A stretch of 41,454 nucleotides of DNA from Kiritimatiellia bacterium (GCA_017648225.1 JAGCJE010000271.1:1-41454), one strand, 5' to 3'. Shown: positions 24,743 through 33,022, counted from the first letter of the stretch. The notes: generated from the sequence alone by a model not told the origin. Numbers and translations: made by a program.

Positions 24743-26155
24743 TTAAAAAAATCTCGGATCGATTTTCCCGTCCGGATAGATGTATATCTCAGAGACCACA
24801 GAACGCCACAAGGCGCGTTTTTCCTCACGGGTAAGGGTTTTATAAACCTCATCGAGATCGAGTCTCAGAAAGGCTCTCAGGGGCTCAAGGTCACGTTCTG
24901 TAACCTCAGGCGCGTTGTCCTCGATACGTAACGTGTTCATTTCCTCGACGATGGCCTTATATTTCTGATCGTACTCCTCCTGAGAAATGCGATCCTCCTC
25001 ATATTGATAATTGACACGTTGGAGCTTCTTCTCCAGCTTTTTTATTTTGTCGGCGTTCGACGGCTTTTTGACCGGCTCTTTTTGTGCGATCTCATACTCG
25101 GCGATGAATCGCTCGATCTCCGGTTTGATCGTTGTGAGCAAGTGCTCTTCGATTGCGAGTTCCGGGGCCGAATACGCGTTCGTGCATTGCTTGTGTAGTC
25201 GGTACTTATTGCAACGATAATAATAATATTCTCGATACGATCCCGCCCAGTGACCCACCATACGAGTTCCACATTCGGGACAGATGCAGAGCTGTGTGAA
25301 GATGTATTCTCGTGTTGTTTTGCGAGCTCGGACATTTTTCTTTTGTATTTCCTGCCACGTGGCCCAGCGTTCTTTTGTGACGATGGGGTCGCAATAATTG
25401 TCGTTGCCTTTATAATGACCGTACATGAGCGTGTTGTTCATGGCGTTCGTATATGTGTTGTAATTGTGTTTCGCGCCGGTCATCTCGTTCGCGTGGATCA
25501 TTGCGGCCCGTTTCGAGTGATTCATCTCATAATGATTGATATACGCCCAGAATGCCGGGAGTTGCTGCGGATCGGGAATAACGATTTTATCGCCGCGATC
25601 ATTGATCCCGATCGTGTGGGTGAACGGGAGACATTGCGCTCCGGTGATCGGTGAGCCTTTTTGAATGCGGACTTGAGCCGTTGCGATGATACGTTCGGAA
25701 ATGTTCGCGATCTCCTGCTGACCGATGCCCAGATAAAAGAGGATCAGCGTTTGACCCATCGGCGTATTCAGATCGAGCTCCGACTGCATTATCGCTCGCC
25801 ATTGAACACCGGCAGCGTCGAACGTCTCCATCATTTTGTAATACTCTGCCGGATTTCGAGTGAAGCGGTCGAACCTTGTGAAGATCACAAGATCGATTTT
25901 CCCGGCCTCGATGTCGGCGAGCATTTCGTGGATCGCCTTGCGTTTCCGGATCTGTTTTGCCGCCGTTTTACCCTCATCGGCATAGAGACCGACGACTCGC
26001 ATCCCATTCTCTTTCGCATACTCTTCGAGCGCGATTTTCTGCGCTGGGAGCGAATTTTCTTTCGAAACCTGCTCCGATGTTGATACTCGTATATAGAACG
26101 CAACGCGGATTACGCGCTGCATTTCTTTATGTTGTTCGATGAGATTCATCGACAA
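24743..26155 (-). CDS. int: Large serine recombinase (integrase)
   Basis: Resolvase catalytic motif YIRVSTSEQ. Recombinase domain. Zn ribbon CPECGTRM...YYYYRCNKY. C-terminal coiled coil. Confidence 0.9.
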   Translation of the reverse strand: MSMNLIEQHKEMQRVIRVAFYIRVSTSEQVSKENSLPAQKIALEEYAKENGMRVVGLYADEGKTAAKQIRKRKAIHEMLADIEAGKIDLVIFTRFDRFTRNPAEYYKMMETFDAAGVQWRAIMQSELDLNTPMGQTLILFYLGIGQQEIANISERIIATAQVRIQKGSPITGAQCLPFTHTIGINDRGDKIVIPDPQQLPAFWAYINHYEMNHSKRAAMIHANEMTGAKHNYNTYTNAMNNTLMYGHYKGNDNYCDPIVTKERWATWQEIQKKNVRARKTTREYIFTQLCICPECGTRMVGHWAGSYREYYYYRCNKYRLHKQCTNAYSAPELAIEEHLLTTIKPEIERFIAEYEIAQKEPVKKPSNADKIKKLEKKLQRVNYQYEEDRISQEEYDQKYKAIVEEMNTLRIEDNAPEVTERDLEPLRAFLRLDLDEVYKTLTREEKRALWRSVVSEIYIYPDGKIDPRFF

Positions 26156-26163
26156 TCCCCCTC

Positions 26164-26487
26164 TTATAATTCGTCATTGCTGACAAGGTCAGCGTATTTT
26201 TGAATTTTCTGTATCTGCTCTTTTGTGAAATTTCCGTGTATAATGTTTGTAGACGCATCCGATCGATATGAGTTCCCTAGTAATTCATCCATGCTGACAT
26301 TGTACAGAGCTGCAACTCTGGTCAGCACATCGACCGGTATGCGTCTATCGTTGTTTTCATACGAACGATACGCAGGTTTGCTCACCCCGATTCGATCCGC
26401 GACATCCTGCTGAGTATATCCATATCTATCGCGCAGCGTTCTCAATCGAGCGACTAAGTCCTCCCAGAACATATTCTCGTTATTCAT
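26164..26487 (-). CDS. XRE-family HTH repressor (CI-like)
   Basis: YGYTQQDVADRIGVSKPAYRSYENNDRRIP HTH. Divergent from the Cro-like gene. ATG 26487 follows GGAGGG. Confidence 0.8.
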   Translation of the reverse strand: MNNENMFWEDLVARLRTLRDRYGYTQQDVADRIGVSKPAYRSYENNDRRIPVDVLTRVAALYNVSMDELLGNSYRSDASTNIIHGNFTKEQIQKIQKYADLVSNDEL

Positions 26488-26532
26488 TTTTATTCCCTCC
26501 ATTGAAATTAGTTAGTAAACCTATCTATTCAA

Positions 26533-26561
26533 ATTATAAAGCATCGGTTACAAAATGTAAA
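26533..26561 (-). promoter_or_regulatory. Leftward promoter for the repressor
   Basis: On the minus strand: TTTACA, 17-nt spacer, TATAAT. The -35 overlaps the GTTACAAAATGTAA operator-like site. Confidence 0.6.
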
Positions 26562-26646
26562 GTTAATAGCACGTTTTGTGATTTTTCACATTTGTTACTA
26601 AATGTGACGCAATTATTACATAAGTTTGAACAATCACATAATGTAG

Positions 26647-26675
26647 TTGACAGCGCACGAAACGTGACCTATAAT
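26647..26675 (+). promoter_or_regulatory. Rightward early promoter (PR-like) with an embedded operator
   Basis: TTGACA, 17-nt spacer, TATAAT. The spacer is GCGCACGAAACGTGACC, and the same 17-mer recurs at 26688-26704. Confidence 0.8.
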
Positions 26676-26740
26676 GCAAATTGTGAAGCGCACGAAACGT
26701 GACCCGCATCACGAAATGATCCACGGAAGGAGGAAAAACG

Positions 26741-27016
26741 ATGAAAGGAAGAAAGCCCGAGAAGATCGTGACGGTTCAGAAAACGAGAATGTCGGTCGCG
26801 ACGATCTATCCGAATCTGCTCGCAATGATCACGGATCGTGACATGACTGTCGCCGATCTGGGCAACATCCTCGGCGTCAGCGATCAGGCGATGCGTCGTC
26901 GTCTGCTGGGTAGAGCGAACGGAGGAACGGACATCACGGCCTATGAGTGTCACATTCTGTGTGAACATTTTCACAAGTCGTTCGAATGGTTGTTTGCGAC
27001 CGGTGATGTTGCGTGA
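26741..27016 (+). CDS. Cro-like / early HTH regulator
   Basis: Divergent from the repressor. MTVADLGNILGVSDQAMRRRL is HTH-like. SD GGAAGGAGG. Confidence 0.65.
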   Translation: MKGRKPEKIVTVQKTRMSVATIYPNLLAMITDRDMTVADLGNILGVSDQAMRRRLLGRANGGTDITAYECHILCEHFHKSFEWLFATGDVA

Positions 27017-27106
27017 ACGTGGTTCGATTTTACGAGACGCTCGCGAAGATCATCGGCGAACGAGAGGGAGTCGAGATTCGCGTGAGTGTCCGGGAGGTGA
27101 CAGAGA

Positions 27107-28429
27107 ATGATCGAACTGTATCGTCACCAACAGATCGCCCTATCGCATATGAGGACGAACTCAAGTTTCCTCCTTGCGATGGAGCAGGGCACGGGAAAGA
27201 CTCTGACGGCCCTCACAAGGCTCGCAGAACTAGCCGAACGAGGAAAGATCGACAGCGCGTTGATCGTGGCTCCGAAAGCGGTGCTCGCCTCATGGGAGCG
27301 TGATGTTGAGAAGTTCGACCGCGACCGGCAACGGCTGCTCCGACGAATCCTCACGATCGTCAATTATGATCTCGTGTGGAGACGCTCAGAGTATCGTCGA
27401 CACTGGGGAGCGATCGTCATCGACGAGGCCCATTATGTGAAGAACCGCACGAGCAACCGCTCGAAAGCGATCCTCGAAATGGCTCTCGATTCTGATTATC
27501 GATATGCGCTCACCGGAACACCGATCTCGAATGGAGCACTGCACGATATCTGGTCTCTGATGGCATTCCTCGAACCGGTCAAGATTCCGAGAGGGATCGG
27601 GACGACGGCATTCCCCGAGGCCGGGCCGACGTATTACAATTTTCAAGATCGCTATTGTTTCCTCGATCAGTATTTCAAGCCGTACCGATACCGACATGTC
27701 GACGAGCTCCAAGAGGTCATCGCTGATCACTCCTATAGGGTGAAGAAGATCGACTGTCTCGATCTCCCGGACAAACTGCCCGACGAGATTTATGAGATCG
27801 ATCTCGCAGAGCCGAAACTGTACAAGGAACTCGTCAAAGAGTCCGCGATCATGGAGATCGAGCTCCTCGCAGAGAATCCACTGCTCCGGATGCTGAGACT
27901 CCGACAATTGTGCTCAGGACATCTCCCGAACGTGGGTAGCCTGAAATGCGGAAAGCTGAAAGCCCTCGGAGAGTATCTCGACGGCTACGATGACAAGCTC
28001 GTCATTTTCGCTCAGTTCACCGCATCAATCGACGACATCTCCGGTCTGCTGAAAAAGCGCAAGGTCAAACATGTGGTTCTCGACGGACGGTCGAAGGATA
28101 AAGCGATTTGGAGGAAGTTCCAGACCGACGACTCGATTCGAGTGATCATCTGTCAGTATGAGGCCGGTGCGACGGGAATCGACCTGTTCGCGGCGAGCAC
28201 GATCCTATACTACGAGCCGACAATTCGATCGAACACACTCGAGCAGAGTCGGGACCGAATCCACCGCGTCGGGCAATCTCACCCGTGTTCGTATGTACAT
28301 TTCATAAGTAAAGGTACGATCGAGCGAGAGATATACCGAGCGTTGCAAGGGTTCGCGGATTTCTCCGAAAAGCTGTTTTCGGAGTATATATCGGAATATG
28401 CGCGGTCGCACAGAGGGGGTGCGCGATGA
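27107..28429 (+). CDS. SNF2/DEAD-like helicase
   Basis: LYRHQQ, EQGTGKT, VIDEAH, LTGTPISN and C-terminal helicase motifs. Confidence 0.85.
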   Translation: MIELYRHQQIALSHMRTNSSFLLAMEQGTGKTLTALTRLAELAERGKIDSALIVAPKAVLASWERDVEKFDRDRQRLLRRILTIVNYDLVWRRSEYRRHWGAIVIDEAHYVKNRTSNRSKAILEMALDSDYRYALTGTPISNGALHDIWSLMAFLEPVKIPRGIGTTAFPEAGPTYYNFQDRYCFLDQYFKPYRYRHVDELQEVIADHSYRVKKIDCLDLPDKLPDEIYEIDLAEPKLYKELVKESAIMEIELLAENPLLRMLRLRQLCSGHLPNVGSLKCGKLKALGEYLDGYDDKLVIFAQFTASIDDISGLLKKRKVKHVVLDGRSKDKAIWRKFQTDDSIRVIICQYEAGATGIDLFAASTILYYEPTIRSNTLEQSRDRIHRVGQSHPCSYVHFISKGTIEREIYRALQGFADFSEKLFSEYISEYARSHRGGAR

Positions 28430-28908
28430 GGGTTGACATAACTGGAGAACGTTTCGGACATCTGGTTGCGACAGAAAGAATAGAGACGGATCACAATTCG
28501 CAATCTGTATGGATGTGTAAATGTGATTGCGGAAATTTTCATCGAGCGACGTTGTCAAACCTGAGAAGCGGACGAACGCTGAGTTGCGGTTGCCGAAGGT
28601 GGAACCGTGAAAAGACTCGCAAACATCGCGGCAAGGGTACGAGATTGTATCGAATTTGGCAAGCGATGCTCAATCGTTGTCGAAATCCGAATACAGTCAA
28701 TTATAAATACTACGGGGGACGCGGTGTGCGGGTTTGTCCCGAATGGAGTCACGATTACGTGGCTTTTGAGCGGTGGGCTCTTTCGAATGGGTATGCTGAC
28801 AATCTCACAATCGACCGAATAGATGTTGATGGAGATTATTCTCCCAATAATTGCCGGTGGGCAACCATGAAGGAGCAACGGCACAATCAAAGATCGTTCA
28901 GGAAGTAG
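28426..28908 (+). CDS. AP2/HNH-like DNA-binding protein (free-standing homing-endonuclease-like)
   Basis: LSCGC...YRIWQAMLNRCRNPN..YKYYGGRGVRVCPEW...LTIDRIDVDGDYSPNNCRWAT pattern. Confidence 0.6.
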   Translation: MRVDITGERFGHLVATERIETDHNSQSVWMCKCDCGNFHRATLSNLRSGRTLSCGCRRWNREKTRKHRGKGTRLYRIWQAMLNRCRNPNTVNYKYYGGRGVRVCPEWSHDYVAFERWALSNGYADNLTIDRIDVDGDYSPNNCRWATMKEQRHNQRSFRK

Positions 28909-28916
28909 GTTTTTAT

Positions 28917-28946
28917 TTTTACCCACAAGGTTACAAAATGTGACCT
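28917..28946 (+). promoter_or_regulatory. Conserved 30-nt element TTTTACCCACAAGGTTACAAAATGTGACCT upstream of polB
   Basis: 25/30 identical, ungapped, to 31738-31767. Contains the palindrome GGTTACA-AAA-TGTGACC. Confidence 0.7.
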
Positions 28947-28979
28947 GACGACACGAAATGAAAGGAGGGCTCAAACGGG

Positions 28980-31598
28980 TTGAACATCTACATATACGAT
29001 TTCGAAGTTCTCTCTCACGACTGGATCGTGGTGATCCGTCGAGTCGATAGTCCACATCACACGGTAATCCACAACGATAATTATCGTTTGAAAGAATGGA
29101 TTCTCGCCCATCAGGACGACGTGATCGGAGGTTATAACTCGAAGGGGTACGATGACTGGATTCTCCAGTCTATCCTCAACGGAGCCGATAACGCGACGGT
29201 GAAAGCTCACAACGATTTCATCATCGCAGAGCACCGAAACGGATGGGAGTTCCCGTTCATTCAGTATCAACGAAAGTTGTTCCGGTCATTCGATCTCAAG
29301 GACGATCTCCCGAAGGGCCTGAGCCTCAAGGCGATCGAGGGGAACATGTATCTCCCCATCGTCGAGAGTTCCGTCCCGTTCGATATCGATCGACCGCTGA
29401 CGCCCGAGGAGCTCGACGAGCTGATCTACTACTGTAAAAAGGACGTGGACGCGACTGTCGCTCTCTATGAACGCCGAAAGGAGTACATCAAGAGCAAACT
29501 CACCGTCGCAAAGCTGAAAGGTCTCGACCCGGCTGTCGCGCTCGCTCAGACGAACGCAAAGCTCGCGGCGATGTATCTCGACGCGAAGCCAGTCGAACGC
29601 GTAGACGGTCGCCGGTACGAGATCCCGGAGAATCTCGATCAGACGATGATTCCCCGCGAGGTGCTCGATTTCTTCAATCAGATTCGAGATGAAAGCATCC
29701 CGGACGAGGAACTGTTCGAAAAGAATCTCGTCGTCGAGATCGCCGGTTGCGAATGTGTTTTCGCATGGGGTGGCGTACACGGTGCGGTTCCGAACACGAT
29801 CGCCGAGAGTGATCCCGAGGGGACACCGGATCGTCGAATCATCGTGAACTATGACGTCGCCTCGCTTTACCCGAACTCGATGCTCAATTTCGGATATGTT
29901 TCCCGAAGCTGCGAGAACCCGAACGCGTTCCGCGATCTGGTTGAAACCCGTCTCAAGGCCAAGAAAGCCAAGGACAAGGACACCGCGAACGCTCTGAAAC
30001 TCGTCATCAATACGACATACGGCGCGATGTTAAATGCTTATAATCCACTCTACGACGAGCGAGCCGGTCGATCGGTCTGCATCTCGAATCAGCTCTCGAT
30101 GTGCGAGCTTGTGTGTAGACTTGAGCAAAATGTCCCGTCGTTCGAGATTCTGAATTTCAACACCGACGGCGTGATGTTCCGAGTTCTCGAGTCCGAGATG
30201 ACCACGGTCGAGCCGATCCTCGAGGAATGGCAGAAGCGAACGCGATTCGCACTCGAGCGCGACGATGTGATTCGACTCGTTCAGAAGGACGTGAACAACT
30301 ACATCGCCGAGGAGGGCGGAGGAAAGATCAAAGCATGCGGCGACTACGTCAAGCGATGGCAAGGCGACAATGTCACCGATGAGAACGACATCAAGGCCCG
30401 TCTCATCAACAACGACCTCACGATCGTTCAGATCGCTCTCGTCGAGAGATTGCTTCACGACGTACCGGTCGAAAAGACGATCACCGAGTGTCAGAACATC
30501 CACTATTTCCAGCAGATCGCGAAGTTTGGCAGCTCCTACGACTCAGCGTTTCACGAGGTGAACGGCGAGCGCGTACCGGTGCAAAAGGTCAATCGTGTAT
30601 ATGCTGCGAAGGATGAGCGGTTCGGAACCGTGAAGAAGGTTCGTCCGAACGGCAAGGTTGAAAAGATCGCCTCTCTCCCGGATCATTGCATCATTGACAA
30701 TGAGAACCGGTTGACGGTGGATCAGATCGACAAACAGTTTTACATCGATCTCGCGAACGAGCGAGTCGAACAATATCTCGTCGGCAAGAAGTCGACAAAG
30801 AAGAAAAAGAAGGAGGACAAACAAATGGCAGTAGCAAAGCCCACGACCCCGATGAACGTCTATCAGAAGCTCATCGCCGCCCGAAAGATGTTTCAGGAGG
30901 CCGACGTGAAGAAATCCGGTATCAACCGATTTGCCGATTTCAAATATTTTGAACTCGCCGACATCGTCCCGGCAAAGACTCACATTTTCGCCGAGCTCGG
31001 TCTCGTCGACTGCGTGACGTTCACGCCCACCGACGCGACGCTCTATCTGTTTAACGTGGACAATCCCGATGAGGTGATCCCGTTCCAGTCTCCCATGAGA
31101 CCGCTGACCGTAGTCTCTCAGACCGGTAAAAACAAGATGAACGAGCTGCAGGGCCTCGGAGCCGAGGAGACATATCAGCGTCGTTACCTCTACATGATGG
31201 CTCTGGACATCGTTGAGGCTGACAGTTTCGACGCAACGAGTGGACAGAGCGAGACCTCGAAGTCACAGAATGTAACCAAGAGCTCGCAGGAGACCGCAGA
31301 ACCGACGAGCGTCGTGAGTGCGAACAAATCCTCGTCCACGAGACCGGCGTCTCAGAACGAGCGTGAGGCCGTCAAAAAGGCATTGACGAACACTGACGGC
31401 AATGCTGACACCGCTCAGGTGAACGCAATCATCCGCGCATTGAAGAAGCTGCGCGAAAAGGACGCCGACAGATATGAGGCGTATATCGGCGAGTGTCAGG
31501 CGAAGATCCCGACCAAGAAGAACCCGGAGAGAGTGATCTCGAAGAAGGACGCGGACGACATGTTGATCGCCATCGGCGAGAAGATTGAGGAGGAATAA
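28980..31598 (+). CDS. Family-B DNA polymerase (aa 1-615) continuous in frame with an ERF-type single-strand annealing protein (aa 616-872)
   Basis: Exo motifs YDFEV, GYNSKGYDDW, YYCKKDVDAT. Pol motifs DVASLYPNSM, KLVINTTYGAM, NFNTDGV. TTG start after AAAGGAGG. Confidence 0.8.
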   Translation: MNIYIYDFEVLSHDWIVVIRRVDSPHHTVIHNDNYRLKEWILAHQDDVIGGYNSKGYDDWILQSILNGADNATVKAHNDFIIAEHRNGWEFPFIQYQRKLFRSFDLKDDLPKGLSLKAIEGNMYLPIVESSVPFDIDRPLTPEELDELIYYCKKDVDATVALYERRKEYIKSKLTVAKLKGLDPAVALAQTNAKLAAMYLDAKPVERVDGRRYEIPENLDQTMIPREVLDFFNQIRDESIPDEELFEKNLVVEIAGCECVFAWGGVHGAVPNTIAESDPEGTPDRRIIVNYDVASLYPNSMLNFGYVSRSCENPNAFRDLVETRLKAKKAKDKDTANALKLVINTTYGAMLNAYNPLYDERAGRSVCISNQLSMCELVCRLEQNVPSFEILNFNTDGVMFRVLESEMTTVEPILEEWQKRTRFALERDDVIRLVQKDVNNYIAEEGGGKIKACGDYVKRWQGDNVTDENDIKARLINNDLTIVQIALVERLLHDVPVEKTITECQNIHYFQQIAKFGSSYDSAFHEVNGERVPVQKVNRVYAAKDERFGTVKKVRPNGKVEKIASLPDHCIIDNENRLTVDQIDKQFYIDLANERVEQYLVGKKSTKKKKKEDKQMAVAKPTTPMNVYQKLIAARKMFQEADVKKSGINRFADFKYFELADIVPAKTHIFAELGLVDCVTFTPTDATLYLFNVDNPDEVIPFQSPMRPLTVVSQTGKNKMNELQGLGAEETYQRRYLYMMALDIVEADSFDATSGQSETSKSQNVTKSSQETAEPTSVVSANKSSSTRPASQNEREAVKKALTNTDGNADTAQVNAIIRALKKLREKDADRYEAYIGECQAKIPTKKNPERVISKKDADDMLIAIGEKIEEE
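30825..31598 (+). CDS. ERF-family annealase, possible independent translation from an internal start
   Basis: GAAGGAGG, 7 nt, then ATG 30825. NVYQKLIAARKMF...FADFKYFELADIV...GAEETYQRRYLYMMALDI is ERF-like. Confidence 0.6.
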   Translation: MAVAKPTTPMNVYQKLIAARKMFQEADVKKSGINRFADFKYFELADIVPAKTHIFAELGLVDCVTFTPTDATLYLFNVDNPDEVIPFQSPMRPLTVVSQTGKNKMNELQGLGAEETYQRRYLYMMALDIVEADSFDATSGQSETSKSQNVTKSSQETAEPTSVVSANKSSSTRPASQNEREAVKKALTNTDGNADTAQVNAIIRALKKLREKDADRYEAYIGECQAKIPTKKNPERVISKKDADDMLIAIGEKIEEE

Positions 31599-31601
31599 AT
31601 C

Positions 31602-31721
31602 ATGACTGTGGGTGGGGCGTTGGGCTTTATGGCTCTCGGCGGTGTTATCGTTTTTCTGTTTGATTATCGCGCATGGCGAATGTATCTGCAAGGGAGAAAA
31701 GACCCATATCGTCAGAAATGA
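31602..31721 (+). CDS. 39-aa single-TM peptide
   Basis: Hand-translated as MTVGGALGFMALGGVIVFLFDYRAWRMYLQGRKDPYRQK. SD GAGGAGGA lies 7 nt upstream. Confidence 0.45.
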   Translation: MTVGGALGFMALGGVIVFLFDYRAWRMYLQGRKDPYRQK

Positions 31722-31737
31722 GTCGAAAGCCCTATAG

Positions 31738-31767
31738 TTTTACCCACAAGTTCACATTTTGTGACCT
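31738..31767 (+). promoter_or_regulatory. Conserved 30-nt element TTTTACCCACAAGTTCACATTTTGTGACCT upstream of the exonuclease gene
   Basis: Partner of 28917-28946. Followed by AAAGGAGG and a TTG start. Confidence 0.7.
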
Positions 31768-31789
31768 ACAAGCGAAAGGAGGACACAGT

Positions 31790-32845
31790 TTGAGTATCAG
31801 GTTCAATCAGGAACTCCAGAGGATCGAGATCGATCCCCCGAAACGCCCGAAGAAGATCACCGGAACCCGTCTCGCTGCGATTCTGGGCGCGAACAAATGG
31901 AGCACTCCGTTCGAGGCGTGGTGCGCAATCACTCGCACCTATGAAAAGCCGTTCGAGGGTTCCATCTACACCGAGGCCGGTAAGGTGATCGAGCCCAAGA
32001 TCACCGAGTATCTGCGAAAGCGGTATTTCATGGAGCTCAAGAGACCCGAGGATGTTTACGGCGAGGATTTTTTCAAAAAGACGTGGGGTGATTTTTTCGG
32101 ACACGTCAAGATTTTCGGCGGCATGTGGGACGCGCTCGGCGAGGACTATGTCGTCGAGATCAAGACTACGAAACGCGCCGAGGATTGGGGGAAAGAGCCT
32201 CCGTTGAATTACATGCTGCAAGGTGCGCTCTATGCATGGTTGCTCGGGTTCGACGACGTGCTGATGGTCTGCGCGTTCCTCGAGGATAAGGATTATGAGC
32301 ATCCGGAGAATTTCGTCCCGACGATCGAGAACACGTATCAATATCCGTTCAAGATTTCCAAGCGGTTCCCGAATTTCGAGGACGAGGTCATTCTCCCGGC
32401 GACACTGTGGTGGACTGAGCACGTTGAGAAAGGCATCTCCCCCGAGTACGACATCGCGAAGGATGCCGAAATCATCAAGGCTCTGAGAACGAACGTCGTC
32501 GGCGACGATGCGAACGACGAGTCTCGATCGCTCTCCGATCTGGTGAGCGAATACGAGTCCGTCACCGAGGACATCGATCGACTGCGCGAGCGTTACGGCA
32601 TCGACAAGCTCGAGAAGCTGGCGAAAGAACTGAACGATCGGATCAAGACTCAGCTCGTCGCGCAGTTCCGCGAGAGTGACAAGTCGGTGAAATACAGTTC
32701 GCCGTCGCAGACCTACACCGTGACCAAGTCGGAGAGAGCCTCGATCGATGCGAAAGCTCTCAAGGCCGACAAACCGGACATTTTCGCGCAGTATGTGAAA
32801 ACGTCCACGTCCTACACGCTCAAGGCGAGCGCGAACAAGGAGTGA
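31790..32845 (+). CDS. YqaJ/lambda-Exo-type PD-(D/E)XK exonuclease
   Basis: ITGTRLAAILGANKWSTPFEAW and GMWDAL..DYVVEIKTT motifs. The track ORF (31673) was trimmed to in-frame TTG 31790, after AAAGGAGG. Confidence 0.8.
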   Translation: MSIRFNQELQRIEIDPPKRPKKITGTRLAAILGANKWSTPFEAWCAITRTYEKPFEGSIYTEAGKVIEPKITEYLRKRYFMELKRPEDVYGEDFFKKTWGDFFGHVKIFGGMWDALGEDYVVEIKTTKRAEDWGKEPPLNYMLQGALYAWLLGFDDVLMVCAFLEDKDYEHPENFVPTIENTYQYPFKISKRFPNFEDEVILPATLWWTEHVEKGISPEYDIAKDAEIIKALRTNVVGDDANDESRSLSDLVSEYESVTEDIDRLRERYGIDKLEKLAKELNDRIKTQLVAQFRESDKSVKYSSPSQTYTVTKSERASIDAKALKADKPDIFAQYVKTSTSYTLKASANKE

Positions 32846-32851
32846 TCCGAC

Positions 32852-33022
32852 ATGATGTGTCCTGTGTGTCAGTGTGAACACACCAAGGTCATCGACAGTC
32901 GACCGAATGACGAGGAGGTCGTCCGCCGTCGCGAGTGCCCGAAATGTGGCGCGAGATGGATCACTCAGGAAAGACTCCTCCGAGTAATTGAACCGAAAAA
33001 GAAAAGGAGCAATGAATCATGA
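32852..33022 (+). CDS. NrdR-like zinc-ribbon protein lacking the ATP-cone (56 aa)
   Basis: Hand-translated as [56 protein letters not shown]. Compare the NrdR N-terminus M.CP.C....TKVIDSR...RRRR.C..C..RFTT.E. Confidence 0.65.
   Translation: MMCPVCQCEHTKVIDSRPNDEEVVRRRECPKCGARWITQERLLRVIEPKKKRSNES

Noticed and set aside
27013-27303. 96-aa ORF starting at the Cro-like gene's stop and overlapping the SNF2 helicase start by about 200 nt
   Set aside because: Only the first ~32 codons look protein-like. The rest reads as off-frame helicase sequence. The helicase has a strong SD and ATG at 27107. It could be a short real peptide or a sequencing frameshift, but the sequence alone cannot support either.
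30795-30815. dnaX-like programmed frameshift in the AAGAAGAAAAAGAAGG tract at the PolB/ERF junction
   Set aside because: The tract does not form an X_XXY_YYZ heptamer in the zero frame. The SD-like GGAGG lies downstream rather than upstream. It is kept only as a remark within the fusion finding.
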